From: an uncultured virus (IMG/VR IMGVR_UViG_2061766007_000234) | Taxonomy: Duplodnaviria > Heunggongvirae > Uroviricota > Caudoviricetes | Direction: 5' to 3' (one strand) | Virus record (IMG/VR): IMGVR_UViG_2061766007_000234 | DNA: 64,000 nucleotides | Notes under the pieces: generated by a model | What the model saw: only the letters and a program-made list of their open reading frames with translations | Told to the model about the DNA's origin: nothing | The model's database searches: none | Part shown: positions 54,969 through 64,000 of the stretch, in pieces | How positions within the stretch are numbered: the first letter of the stretch is position 1 | Layout of the letters: the number at the start of each line of letters is the position of its first letter | Made by a program: the position numbers and the translations under genes

Positions 54969-56486
54969 ATGGAAAACATACAGAAACAGACCGAATCGAC
55001 AATTTTTTCCCCGAACTTATCACCTGCTGTTGTCGCACAGATTATCGTCAACAACGGCAAGAACTCGCCGCAAATCAGCGACATAAAGACAGCAGAAAGA
55101 TACTTTGACGGACACTCAGACATCGAGAAAAAACAGCGCGTCTACTACGACAAAGACCGCAATCCGCATGACAATCCGGCGGCAAACAACGCAAAGATTA
55201 AGTCAAACTTCCTGCGTCAGCTTGTTCAGCAGAAACAGGATTACGGATTTGCCAAGACTTTCGTTTTGAAGCTTTCAACAGAGAAGCAGGACGAAGTGGA
55301 CTTGTCGACGGACGAATACGGCTTGGCATGGAAGCAGTTCTGCGACAAGACACTTTTCAAGTTAGCTTACACCCTTGCAGGGCAGGCTGTAAACGGCGGT
55401 ATTTCGTGGACTTATCTCTGGATAGACGAAAACGGCGATTTGCAGATGAAGGACATTCCGGCTGAACTTGTTTATCCAGTATGGCATGACAGGCAGCACA
55501 CGGAGCTTGACAGGCTTGTATACAACTATCTGCAAGTCAGATACAACTCTGAATCAGCCGACACAGTTGAGTATGCTGAATACTGGACTAAAGAAGAAAG
55601 ATACCTTTTCAATGTGTCTAACGCATACGGCGTGGAAGCTGCTCTACTTGACGGAGAGGGAAACCCGATATACACGCACATGACAGGCGGTGAATCTTGG
55701 GGCAAAATCCCTTTCATTGCTTTCAAGGCAACTGATGACGAAAAGCCGCTTCTGAACTTCATCAAGGCGCATATCGATTCATACGACAAGCTTGATTCAA
55801 ACTCAATCGACAGCCTTGTAGACGATTTAGACCCGCTCTTGGTGTTCAAGGGAATCAGCCCCAATGTCAAAGACCTTATCGAAGCAAGGGAGCTTGCGAA
55901 AGTTACGAGAACCGTTTCGCTTGACGCTGACGGCGATGCTCATTTCATACAGGCACAGACGGCTATAACTGCGTATCTTGAGAAGTTGCAGGCAATCAGA
56001 AAGGACATTTTCAAGTTCGGCTACGGCGTTGACACACAGGACGCACGCTTCGGCGGCAACCCGAATCAGCTTGAAATCAAGTCGCTTTATCAAGACCTCG
56101 ACACATACACGGACGGGCTTGAGCGGCAGTTCCAGAACTTCATCGACAATTTCAAGTATTTCTTCGATATGTGGTACGAGCTTACAGGAAAAGGCTCGTT
56201 CGACATTGCGCAGTCTTATAAGGTGCTTGTGAAGCTTGACCGCTCTATGATGATTAACCAGTCGGCACAGATTGACGATACAGTCAAGTTAGCGAACACA
56301 GGCGTATCGCAGAAAACGATTATGGAGTTCAATCCGGTCGTGCAGGACGTTGACTTAGAGCTTGCGAGAATCGAGGAAGAAAAAAAAGAACGCGAAGCGG
56401 AGAATCCGCTTTTCAACTTCCCGAAAGATGAACAAGAAAACGAAGAAGAAGAAAATAAACCAGAAAATGAAGAGGTAGAAGAATGA
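54969..56486 (+). CDS. portal protein, SPP1 gp6 family, module A
   Basis: Y..G..DI, NF...LV.QK..Y, WGKIPFI.F, ID.YD, LY.DLD, D...EL.RI.EE. Confidence 0.92.
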   Translation: MENIQKQTESTIFSPNLSPAVVAQIIVNNGKNSPQISDIKTAERYFDGHSDIEKKQRVYYDKDRNPHDNPAANNAKIKSNFLRQLVQQKQDYGFAKTFVLKLSTEKQDEVDLSTDEYGLAWKQFCDKTLFKLAYTLAGQAVNGGISWTYLWIDENGDLQMKDIPAELVYPVWHDRQHTELDRLVYNYLQVRYNSESADTVEYAEYWTKEERYLFNVSNAYGVEAALLDGEGNPIYTHMTGGESWGKIPFIAFKATDDEKPLLNFIKAHIDSYDKLDSNSIDSLVDDLDPLLVFKGISPNVKDLIEARELAKVTRTVSLDADGDAHFIQAQTAITAYLEKLQAIRKDIFKFGYGVDTQDARFGGNPNQLEIKSLYQDLDTYTDGLERQFQNFIDNFKYFFDMWYELTGKGSFDIAQSYKVLVKLDRSMMINQSAQIDDTVKLANTGVSQKTIMEFNPVVQDVDLELARIEEEKKEREAENPLFNFPKDEQENEEEENKPENEEVEE

Positions 56487-56707
56487 CAGGACAGGACGGC
56501 AGAGTATACCCGAACGGTGAAGCCCCGGACTTGGGAAGCATTGTAGCAGTTAAGAACGAAAACGGCGTAAGGCAATATAGTCTGCTTTCTGCTGACATTA
56601 GCAAGCTTAATTCAGTAGTAACATACTGCGGCACAGGCTCGACAGCATACGTAGTTGATACTGGTGCGGTCTATATGTTCCATGACGGCGTATGGTACGA
56701 ACAGTAA
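56483..56707 (+). CDS. small structural protein, paralog of 63256..63516
   Basis: PDLGS...R.Y...S.DI.KL...GS.A...DTG.V.......W. Confidence 0.75.
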   Translation: MTGQDGRVYPNGEAPDLGSIVAVKNENGVRQYSLLSADISKLNSVVTYCGTGSTAYVVDTGAVYMFHDGVWYEQ

Positions 56708-56717
56708 GAGGTGTTGA

Positions 56718-57226
56718 ATGGCATTATCTGTTGAAACATACGCAGTAGCGAAAAAATATGTAGACGATTCTCTCGCAGGAGCAGGAGCGGTCAAAGGTGT
56801 TCCGTGTCAGATTGACAGTATCACCGACATAACAGGCGGTCACAGAATCACGTTCAAGTGGGTAGACAACGAAGAAACCGAGCATACCTCTACTATGGAC
56901 GTTATGGACGGCGAACAGGGCGAAACAGGCGCAACAGGAAAAGGCATTAAGTCGGTCGCTGTAAACGCAAGCAATCACCTTATCGTAACTTACACAGACA
57001 ACCAAGAAGTAGACGCAGGGGAAATTGAAATCCCTAGCGATGATGCAAAAGCAAATAAAGTACAGTCAGCAACAAATGGCAATATTGCAAGCCTTACCTC
57101 AAGCGGCGACTTGGCAGACAGTGGAAAGAAAACGGCTGATTTCTTTGAAAATGCCTATGCTGATAAAATCTATAACTCTGTCTATGCAAGGCTCGGACGT
57201 TCTTTCAACAATCCGGAAGGATATTT
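56718..57226 (+). CDS. structural protein with collagen-like linker (truncated by N gap)
   Basis: AKKY.D..L.G.GA, DGEQGETGATGKGI, KA.KV..AT.G..ASL...G.L.DSGK. Confidence 0.75.
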
Positions 57227-57330
57227 NNNNNNNNNNTATATTAATTATATGCCTTGATAATCGCGGCTTTCCGTTGTATCATTTTCATATATATCTGCCG
57301 GAAATATCTCTATGACCATGGAGACGCTTT

Positions 57331-58779
57331 ATGAGCGACCGGCAGATACGCATATCCTGCAGCACGCGGGATTCCCTTCCTTTTTCGCAAATCGAGGAGT
57401 TCCAGGGCAACCTGAAAAGACGCTCCAAGAAAGAAATCTCAAAGATAATCACATCAATCCTTAAATACGGCTTCTCGTTCCCTTTTTTCGTCTGGAAAGA
57501 CGGAGAGCGCAACCGCTGCCTTGACGGGCACGGCAGACTGCTCGCACTTGGCGAAATGACCAAGAGAAACTATTTCCTTGATGAAGCCGGAAAGCTCTCC
57601 GACGATGACGGCGAGCCTTGCCCGATTCCGGATTTGCCCGTCGTGTACATCGAAGCGGCTGACGAAGCCGAAGCGAAGCAGAAAGTCCTTAGGCTGAACA
57701 GCTGCTACGGTGTTCTTGACGCGGAGGGATTCGCGGAATTTGCAGAAGGGCTTGATATTGACTGGGACGAGCTTATGCTTCCATCCGGCGAGCTTTTCGA
57801 GATTCCGGGGCTTCTCAGCGATAATGACGGCACGGAGCACAAGTCGCTTGCGGAACGGTTCATCGTTCCGCCTTTGTCTGTTTTCCGCGCGTCAGCGGGT
57901 TACTGGCAGGAACGCAAGAAAGCCTGGCTTGCGCTCGGCATACAGAGCGAGAAAGGCCGTGACGATGCGATGCTTGCGCACATGGCTGCCCTTGCCGAAA
58001 AGGCTGGCGGCGGTAAGCTCGCGTCCGAGAGCATCTTTGACCCTGTGCTTTGCGAAATAATGTACCGCTGGTTCTGTCCGCAGGGCGGAACGATACTCGA
58101 CCCGTTTGCGGGCGGTTCCGTGCGCGGCCTTGTAGCGGGCAGGCTCGGCTACAGGTATACCGGCATAGACCTGCGTGAAGAACAGATAGCGGCGAACCGC
58201 GAGCAGATTGCTATAGCGGGCGAAAACCCGCCGGAATGGATTTGCGGTGATTCGCGCCGTATGGATTCCTTTATTCCTTCTGACTTTCATTGCAATTTTG
58301 TTTTCTCATGCCCGCCTTATGCGGATCTTGAAGTCTACAGCGAATTACCGGAAGACCTTTCCAATATGGACTATGCGGGATTCCGAGAGGCATATTTCGA
58401 CATCATCAGCAAGGCATGCGCACGTCTTGAAGACGACAGCTTCGCCGCTTTCGTTGTCGGCGAGGCGCGGCAGAAATCAGACGGCGGCGCATACTACGGC
58501 ATAATTCCGGACACTGTCCGCGCCTTTGAAACTGCGGGCTTGCGCTACTATGACGAAATGGTGCTTGTCACGCAGATTGCGGCCAAAGCGCTTACTGTAG
58601 CAGAAGGTTTTGTAAAGTCAAGAAAAATCGGGAAGATTCATCAGAATATTCTTGTGTTCGTTAAAGGCGACCCTGCAAAGGCTGCTGCTAAATGCAAGAT
58701 TGACGGCGGAGAACTTGCCGCCGCCATAAATGAGGCGGAGCAGTCTGAAGAATCGGATAAGGCTGAGGCTAGCGCATGA
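57331..58779 (+). CDS. ParB-like domain fused to DNA methyltransferase, module B
   Basis: N-terminus paralogous to 50600 gene; SIFDPVLCE..YRWF, LDPFAGGS, CPPY. Confidence 0.88.
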   Translation: MSDRQIRISCSTRDSLPFSQIEEFQGNLKRRSKKEISKIITSILKYGFSFPFFVWKDGERNRCLDGHGRLLALGEMTKRNYFLDEAGKLSDDDGEPCPIPDLPVVYIEAADEAEAKQKVLRLNSCYGVLDAEGFAEFAEGLDIDWDELMLPSGELFEIPGLLSDNDGTEHKSLAERFIVPPLSVFRASAGYWQERKKAWLALGIQSEKGRDDAMLAHMAALAEKAGGGKLASESIFDPVLCEIMYRWFCPQGGTILDPFAGGSVRGLVAGRLGYRYTGIDLREEQIAANREQIAIAGENPPEWICGDSRRMDSFIPSDFHCNFVFSCPPYADLEVYSELPEDLSNMDYAGFREAYFDIISKACARLEDDSFAAFVVGEARQKSDGGAYYGIIPDTVRAFETAGLRYYDEMVLVTQIAAKALTVAEGFVKSRKIGKIHQNILVFVKGDPAKAAAKCKIDGGELAAAINEAEQSEESDKAEASA

Positions 58780-58966
58780 AAGAAGAGAAGCTCATAGGTC
58801 TGTATCTGGCTCCGCATTTCTTCGCGATTTCCCTGCTTCTTGCGTTCATTGCATCGAGATGCGGCTTTGCAAGTTCCTTAGCCCTTTCGTATGTTATCGC
58901 GCCAAGGTGCAGCCACATTCTTATTGTCATCATTTCCTCTGTATGTTTCATCATTTCTTCGCTCAT
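58769..58966 (-). CDS. hypothetical protein
   Basis: AAGGAG before ATG 58966 on minus strand. Confidence 0.65.
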   Translation of the reverse strand: MSEEMMKHTEEMMTIRMWLHLGAITYERAKELAKPHLDAMNARSREIAKKCGARYRPMSFSSFMR

Positions 58967-59217
58967 GTTCGCATTCTCCTTTGTTCTGGACTTTAAGGGC
59001 ATGACGTTCAATTTTCAAGGAAAAATGCGTTTTTTTATCAGTTTTTTGCAGTTTTTCTGCAAAAAACGTACTCAAATCTTCATTTTTTGTATTCAACCAA
59101 TTTTTGACTTTTTTTTCGGTTTCATTCAAAGATGTCATTCTCTGTATAAGTGGGAATTGAAACGGCTAAAGAATCGGTTTTATTTTTGGCTAGAAAACGG
59201 CAAAGGATGGGCGTGTA

Positions 59218-59667
59218 ATGGGTAATAATCCGAACATCGTGGCGCAAGGGGCGGCAACTCGCTTCTCGGCAACTAATCAGCCAGCACGGCGCGGGCGCAT
59301 TCCGTCGAAACTTAAAAAGTTCGTAAAGGATAACAGAGTCTCAAAGTCCGACGTGGACGCTATTTTCTCTAACATCATTTTTGGCAGTACGCTGGAAGAA
59401 TTGCAGGATATGGTCAAGCCGGGCAACAAAGAAAAACTGCCGGTCATAGTTGCCCTGCTTATTTCCGCATTCATTGCGGACATCAAGAACGGCACACTTC
59501 ACGAGGTAAATACCGTGCTTGACCGCATCTACGGCAAGGCTACACAGCAGCTCGACATCGGCGAGGTGAAGAACGACATTCCGGAAGACCCGGACGAGCG
59601 GCGGGCTTTGGCGGAACAGATAAAGAAAGAAATCGGGGCGTGGCGTGGCGCGGACGAAAGAGAATGA
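59218..59667 (+). CDS. terS: terminase small subunit, module B
   Basis: RFS..NQP...GR, LDRIYGK..Q; overlaps TerL start. Confidence 0.75.
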   Translation: MGNNPNIVAQGAATRFSATNQPARRGRIPSKLKKFVKDNRVSKSDVDAIFSNIIFGSTLEELQDMVKPGNKEKLPVIVALLISAFIADIKNGTLHEVNTVLDRIYGKATQQLDIGEVKNDIPEDPDERRALAEQIKKEIGAWRGADERE

Positions 59668-61099
59668 CGGTGACGAGCTTGAGAAACTTCTCTATCTAAG
59701 GCGGCTTGAGGCAGTAGACCATCATCTTAATTTCATGATGTACACATGGACGAACTGCGCGGAGCCTTTTGTCGTGGGGTTTCATACTCAGCGAATCTGC
59801 GCGGCAATAGATTATGCAGTCGAGCACTACAGGAAGGGAATTTCGACTTTTTGGGTTATAACAGTTCCTTTCCGCCACGGCAAGAGCGAGATAATCAGCC
59901 GCAAGCTGCCCGCACATTTTCTGGGGCTGTTCCCGGACAGCAAGGTGATACTTTGCGGCCACACAGAAGCGTTGACGGAAGGGTTCTCAAAGACTAGCCG
60001 CAGCATCATCAAGACGAAGCAGTACAGGCAGCTTTTTCCGAATATCCGTGTAGACCCCGAAAGCGCGTCCGGGGCGCACTGGAAAATAAAAGACCACGAG
60101 GGCGAATGCTTCGCTTCGGGCTTGCTCGGAAGCCTTTCCGGACAGGGGTATAACCTCGGTTTGCTTGACGACTACTGCCGTAACCGTGCAGATGCGGAAA
60201 GCGACACCTTGCGAGAAAAGATGTGGAACGCGTTTACTAATGACTTTATGACGCGCCGTGCGCCTGTTTCTATAACGATAGTGCTCGCCACTCCTTGGCA
60301 TGTTGACGACATCATCGGGCGGCTCAAGAAGCGCATAAAAGAAGATCCGGAATTTCCGCACTTCAAGTGCCTTTCATTTCCGGCCATGAGCGACAAATAT
60401 CCACAGGGCGTTCTGTTCCCGGAGCGGTTCGGCAAGAAGTGGTACACGCAGCAGAAAGCCGTGCTCGGTGATTACGGCTTCCAGTCGCTCATGCAGCTTG
60501 AGCCGGTTAAGCGCGGCGGAAACATGCTCAATACGGAATGTATTCAGCGGCACATGTCCGCTGCGGAATTTCCGAAAGGCTTGCGCTGGATGCGTATATG
60601 GGACTTGGCGCATACGGCAAAGGAACGTGCAAAGGCAGACCCGGACTGGACAAGCGGAACGCTGCTTGCGTTCAGCATTCAGGAAGGTATGCCGCATTTG
60701 TGGATTCGGAACGTCAACCGCATGAGGGCGAACGCGCCGGAGCGTGACGCGAAAATAAGGACTGTAACTACTCTTGACGGTCCGTATGTGAAAATCGGTA
60801 TCGGAAACAGTTCCGATGCAAAGGACACGATAGCGACCCTGCGCAAGATTCTGCAAGGAAAGCGCATGGTGCTTGCCGTGAACGAGAACAAAGACAAGGT
60901 TGTCAGGGCGACGCCGCTTGAGCCTATCTTTAAGGCCGGAAACGTGCATGTCGTGCAGGGCGAGCCCTGGCTTGATGAATGGATAGCGGAAGTCAATGCG
61001 TTTCCGTTCGGAGCGCATGACGACCAGGTGGACAACCTATCGGCTGGCTATGCGATATGGCAGTCGCAGGGCGATACGGATGAACTTTATAAGTGGTAG
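59645..61099 (+). CDS. terL: terminase large subunit, module B
   Basis: PFRHGKSE Walker A, LLDD Walker B, TPWH.DD..G, WDLA, DK..RA, FP.G.HDDQVD. Confidence 0.93.
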   Translation: MARTKENDGDELEKLLYLRRLEAVDHHLNFMMYTWTNCAEPFVVGFHTQRICAAIDYAVEHYRKGISTFWVITVPFRHGKSEIISRKLPAHFLGLFPDSKVILCGHTEALTEGFSKTSRSIIKTKQYRQLFPNIRVDPESASGAHWKIKDHEGECFASGLLGSLSGQGYNLGLLDDYCRNRADAESDTLREKMWNAFTNDFMTRRAPVSITIVLATPWHVDDIIGRLKKRIKEDPEFPHFKCLSFPAMSDKYPQGVLFPERFGKKWYTQQKAVLGDYGFQSLMQLEPVKRGGNMLNTECIQRHMSAAEFPKGLRWMRIWDLAHTAKERAKADPDWTSGTLLAFSIQEGMPHLWIRNVNRMRANAPERDAKIRTVTTLDGPYVKIGIGNSSDAKDTIATLRKILQGKRMVLAVNENKDKVVRATPLEPIFKAGNVHVVQGEPWLDEWIAEVNAFPFGAHDDQVDNLSAGYAIWQSQGDTDELYKW

Positions 61100-61117
61100 C
61101 GAAAAGGGAGGATATAC

Positions 61118-62542
61118 ATGGGCAAGAAAGGAAACAGGCGGAACACTGTTGTTCGACGGACTGACGGCTGGCAGAATCTTATATCAGGCCTGGGGTCTGC
61201 AAAGACCGCAAAAAACAGTTTCACGCATCATGCGTTTTCGGGCGTGATGCAGGATTCTGAGCTTGAATCGCTTTTTTATGAAGACGGCCTTTCGGCGCGG
61301 ATAGTAAGCCTGCTGCCCAGCGATATGTTCCGCGAGGGCTGGGATTATTCGTTTCCGAAACTGGACGACCTTCAGGCGGCGGAACTTGCTGAAATATATG
61401 CCGGTGTCATGGAAGAGCTTGACGCGCATCAGAAAATCAAGGATGCGATGGTATGGCAGCGTCTTTACGGCGGCGCGGCAATCCTTATAAGCGTCATGGA
61501 CGGCTCTACGCCGGATAAGCCGCTCGACCCAAAGAAAATCCACACTATAGAACGTCTGCGCGTTATAGAGCGCACTGAAATAGACTTCAGCAACATCAAA
61601 TGGCAGACAGACCCGACAAAGCCGCGCTACGGTCTGCCGGAGATGTATCCTGTGAGATTCTATGTTCCGGGAAGCCGTCAGACAGAACAGACCATGAACG
61701 TGCACTGGACGCGCATTATAGAGCTGCACGGCGACACTCTGCCGCGACGTACAAAGACCGGTGTGAGCGCAGAAAACCGCTACTGGGGAATTTCGGCTCT
61801 GCAGCGTGCGAATGACCGGCTCAAATCGCTCGGTTCTTCACTCGGCAGCGTGGACCAGCTTTTGAGCGAGCTTGGCGTCGGCAAATTCAAGATTAAGGAT
61901 TTGGCGCAGCTGCTTGCTTCGCCCGAGGGCGAGGCGGCAATAAAGCGGCGCGTTGAGCTTATGGATTTTGTCCGCAGCACGTTCCGAAGCCAGTATTTTG
62001 ACACGGAAGAAGATTTCGTGCGCGACAACATCAGCTTTAACGGTGTGCCGGAAATCTTGCGCATCCTGTTCATGCTTGTTTCGGCTGACACCGGCTACCC
62101 GATGACGTACCTTTTCGGCCAGTCTCCGGCGGGCATGGACTCAACCGGCGAGAGCGACATGAACATTTATTACGACATGGTGCGCTCATTGCAGGTCACA
62201 AAATTGCAGCCGGTCATTCTTCGCCTTGTGCACATCATTTCAATCTGGAAAGGCATCGAGGAACCGTACATTGAATTCCGGCCGCTCGAAACGATGAACG
62301 ACAAGGAACGTGCGGAACTTGAGAAAGCGAAAGCTGACAAGGAAAAGGTGGAGGCTGACACATACAAGGCATATATCGATGCGGGCGTGCTTGAACCTTA
62401 CGAGGTGCGCTACTTGAAATACGGCACTACGCTTGAATCGATTCCAGTGCCGGAGGAAATGAAGATGCCGCCTGTTGAAGAAGCGCAGAATGAACCGCCG
62501 GACGACGGCGACAGTTCGGACGATGATTCGGAGGACGGCTAG
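61118..62542 (+). CDS. portal protein, DUF1073 family, module B
   Basis: DGW.N...GLG, RLYGG, VH.TRII, WG.S.L, P.T.LFGQSP.G..STGESD...YYD. Confidence 0.88.
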   Translation: MGKKGNRRNTVVRRTDGWQNLISGLGSAKTAKNSFTHHAFSGVMQDSELESLFYEDGLSARIVSLLPSDMFREGWDYSFPKLDDLQAAELAEIYAGVMEELDAHQKIKDAMVWQRLYGGAAILISVMDGSTPDKPLDPKKIHTIERLRVIERTEIDFSNIKWQTDPTKPRYGLPEMYPVRFYVPGSRQTEQTMNVHWTRIIELHGDTLPRRTKTGVSAENRYWGISALQRANDRLKSLGSSLGSVDQLLSELGVGKFKIKDLAQLLASPEGEAAIKRRVELMDFVRSTFRSQYFDTEEDFVRDNISFNGVPEILRILFMLVSADTGYPMTYLFGQSPAGMDSTGESDMNIYYDMVRSLQVTKLQPVILRLVHIISIWKGIEEPYIEFRPLETMNDKERAELEKAKADKEKVEADTYKAYIDAGVLEPYEVRYLKYGTTLESIPVPEEMKMPPVEEAQNEPPDDGDSSDDDSEDG

Positions 62543-62619
62543 GCAGACATAAAGACGGATATGACCCGAGCCAGCCGAGGGAAAAGAACGGCCGGTTCGG
62601 GTGCAAGCCGGGCACAGGA

Positions 62620-63141
62620 TTGGAAATGGCAGGTGAGCAAGGAAAGGCAATCCAGAAACTTTTTCCAAATGAAACATGGACTTCTGAAAAAGCAGGGGAT
62701 AATTCGTATGTTTATGTTGCATCGGCAAGAAAAGAAGATGGCGCGAAAGATAAGGAAGTCTATGAATCTGACAATATGATGGCGCATACATTAGCTAAAG
62801 AAAGTGGTGCTGATATTTTCATGTTGCCAGAACGGGGAGATGGAAAACATCCAGACTGTTACTTTATTGACTCTACAATTGAAATGAAACATGTTCGTGG
62901 TGGTCGTAATAAAGTAGGATCTAATGCAATCGATGCATTAGATCAATCTCAGAATGTCTTCCTTTTCATAGATAAAGATATTTCAATAGATTCTTGTCTT
63001 GCAAAAATAGCAGGCTCTGTAAAAACAAATAGAGATAGCGAAAAGAAAGATAAGAAATTTGTAGAGCCACCGAAAGATGCACGGCTTTATATTTTTACAC
63101 AAGGGAAACTTTATAAAAATGTATGGGGTGATGTGCTTTAA
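62620..63141 (+). CDS. CdiA-C-like PD-(D/E)XK nuclease domain protein (true start uncertain; frame open from 62527)
   Basis: LPE....KHPD......EMK...G........A..QS..V; same frame upstream encodes YDPSQPREKNGRF. Confidence 0.6.
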   Translation: MEMAGEQGKAIQKLFPNETWTSEKAGDNSYVYVASARKEDGAKDKEVYESDNMMAHTLAKESGADIFMLPERGDGKHPDCYFIDSTIEMKHVRGGRNKVGSNAIDALDQSQNVFLFIDKDISIDSCLAKIAGSVKTNRDSEKKDKKFVEPPKDARLYIFTQGKLYKNVWGDVL

Positions 63142-63255
63142 AAAAAATCCAGGGGTACTTTCGTACCCCTTTCGGTTACCCGGCAAGAGCGTAGCTCTCA
63201 CCTGGCAAGAACAATATTAGCATATTCTGACGAAATGTCAAGGGAGGAAAATAAC

Positions 63256-63516
63256 ATGGGTAAGTGGGATCCAACAAAAGGAACAGAATTTTATGACGGC
63301 GAGTATTACAACTCAAAGGACGACTTTCCGGATTTGGGAAGCTGGGAAGCAACATGCGAGCCGAACGCACGCAAGCGGAGCTATCAGGGCATGAGCACCG
63401 ACATAGCGAAGCTGCCGAAATATGACGACCTGCTTTCAGGTTCGAGCGCGATATGTCTTGATACGGGCGACGTATTGCTTTACCAGGCCGGTACAAAGAC
63501 CTGGCATCAGATTTAA
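63256..63516 (+). CDS. small structural protein, paralog of 56483..56707
   Basis: GGAGG before ATG 63256; PDLGSW...GSSAICLDTG. Confidence 0.75.
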   Translation: MGKWDPTKGTEFYDGEYYNSKDDFPDLGSWEATCEPNARKRSYQGMSTDIAKLPKYDDLLSGSSAICLDTGDVLLYQAGTKTWHQI

Positions 63517-63527
63517 GGGGGCTTGGA

Positions 63528-64000
63528 ATGGATATTGAAACTTTAGCACTCGCAAAAAAATACACAGACGAATCTTTGCTCGGCGGAGGCGCGGTCGCCG
63601 GAAAGAATTGTATTATCGAAGATATAACCGACATTACTGGCGGTCAGCGAATTACTTTTAAGTATACGCTTGACGACGGCACTGTTAAGACCCGTACTAT
63701 GGACGTAATGAACGGTGTTGACGGCGAAAAGGGCGAAACTGGTGCAACTGGAAAAGGCATCAAGTCGGTCGCTGTAAACGCAAGCAATCACCTTATCGTT
63801 ACATATACGGACGACACAACAGCAGACGCAGGAGAAATTGACGTAACCGACGGCACAAAGGCGGATAAGGTTCAGCAAGCTACGGCAGGACACCTTGCAA
63901 GCCTCGATTCAAGCGGCAACCTTAATGACAGTGGCAAGACAGCTGCTGACTTCTTTGAAAACGCTTATGCAGATAAAATCTATAATTCTGTCTATGCAAG
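63528..64000 (+). CDS. structural protein, paralog of 56718 gene (partial, runs off window)
   Basis: MDIETLALAKKYTD...GETGATGKGIKSVAVNASNHLIVTYTD...FFENAYADKIYNSVYA; long near-identical DNA stretches with 56718-57190. Confidence 0.85.
   Translation, partial: MDIETLALAKKYTDESLLGGGAVAGKNCIIEDITDITGGQRITFKYTLDDGTVKTRTMDVMNGVDGEKGETGATGKGIKSVAVNASNHLIVTYTDDTTADAGEIDVTDGTKADKVQQATAGHLASLDSSGNLNDSGKTAADFFENAYADKIYNSVYA

Noticed and set aside
58776..59225. 149-aa hydrophobic + strand ORF
   Set aside because: Antisense to the SD-supported minus-strand gene and runs through an AT-rich promoter region
62394..62409. Motif-like GAACCTTACGAGGTGC in portal B
   Set aside because: Inside coding sequence, second half deviates, no adjacent SD or terminator
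61118..62542. Anti-CBASS Acb1 call for the DUF1073 protein
   Set aside because: Size, motifs and position after TerL fit a portal; no HxT phosphoesterase domain visible
1..64000. CRISPR array or cas operon
   Set aside because: No regularly spaced repeat-spacer array seen; the Cas4-like gene at 35658 sits with SSB and ERF as a phage recombination exonuclease
1..64000. Stop-codon reassignment
   Set aside because: Core genes are full length under code 11 and end in TAA, TGA or TAG with tight coupling

Overview
The window is almost entirely a temperate, contractile-tailed (PBSX/XkdK-XkdU-type myovirus) phage genome from a scaffold with five short N gaps (about 4106, 26831, 48175, 50300 and 57227). 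A diderm, probably spirochaete (Treponema-like) host is inferred from an overlapping spanin pair with a lipobox, a DUF261-like gene and the style of the XRE repressors; this is inference, not a database result. Gene order: lysis (0.4-2.2 kb), MuF minor head, a Com-like zinc ribbon, a tRNA-like gene, scaffold, capsid, neck, sheath, tube, tape measure, baseplate, an Mtd-like fibre carrying a DGR-type variable region but no RT or TR in view, an HTH-controlled Gln/Gly-rich and ferritin-like cassette, three divergent repressor/operator switches, recombination and replication genes, integrase with attP, and then two different packaging modules in tandem across an N gap (ParB + radical SAM + TerS/TerL + SPP1-type portal; ParB-MTase + TerS/TerL + DUF1073-type portal). 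The best candidate for an undescribed system is a late-gene RNA regulon: a motif GAA(C/G)CTT-N1-2-A(A/G)G(G/C)TC occurs six times in late leaders, overlapping either the 5' arm of an intrinsic terminator or a stem that hides the Shine-Dalgarno sequence, and one copy sits in front of a Mu Com-like zinc-ribbon gene. Two kissing-loop attenuators, a 20-bp palindrome family and two candidate sRNAs also stand out. All protein calls are from motif recognition by eye, without searches.
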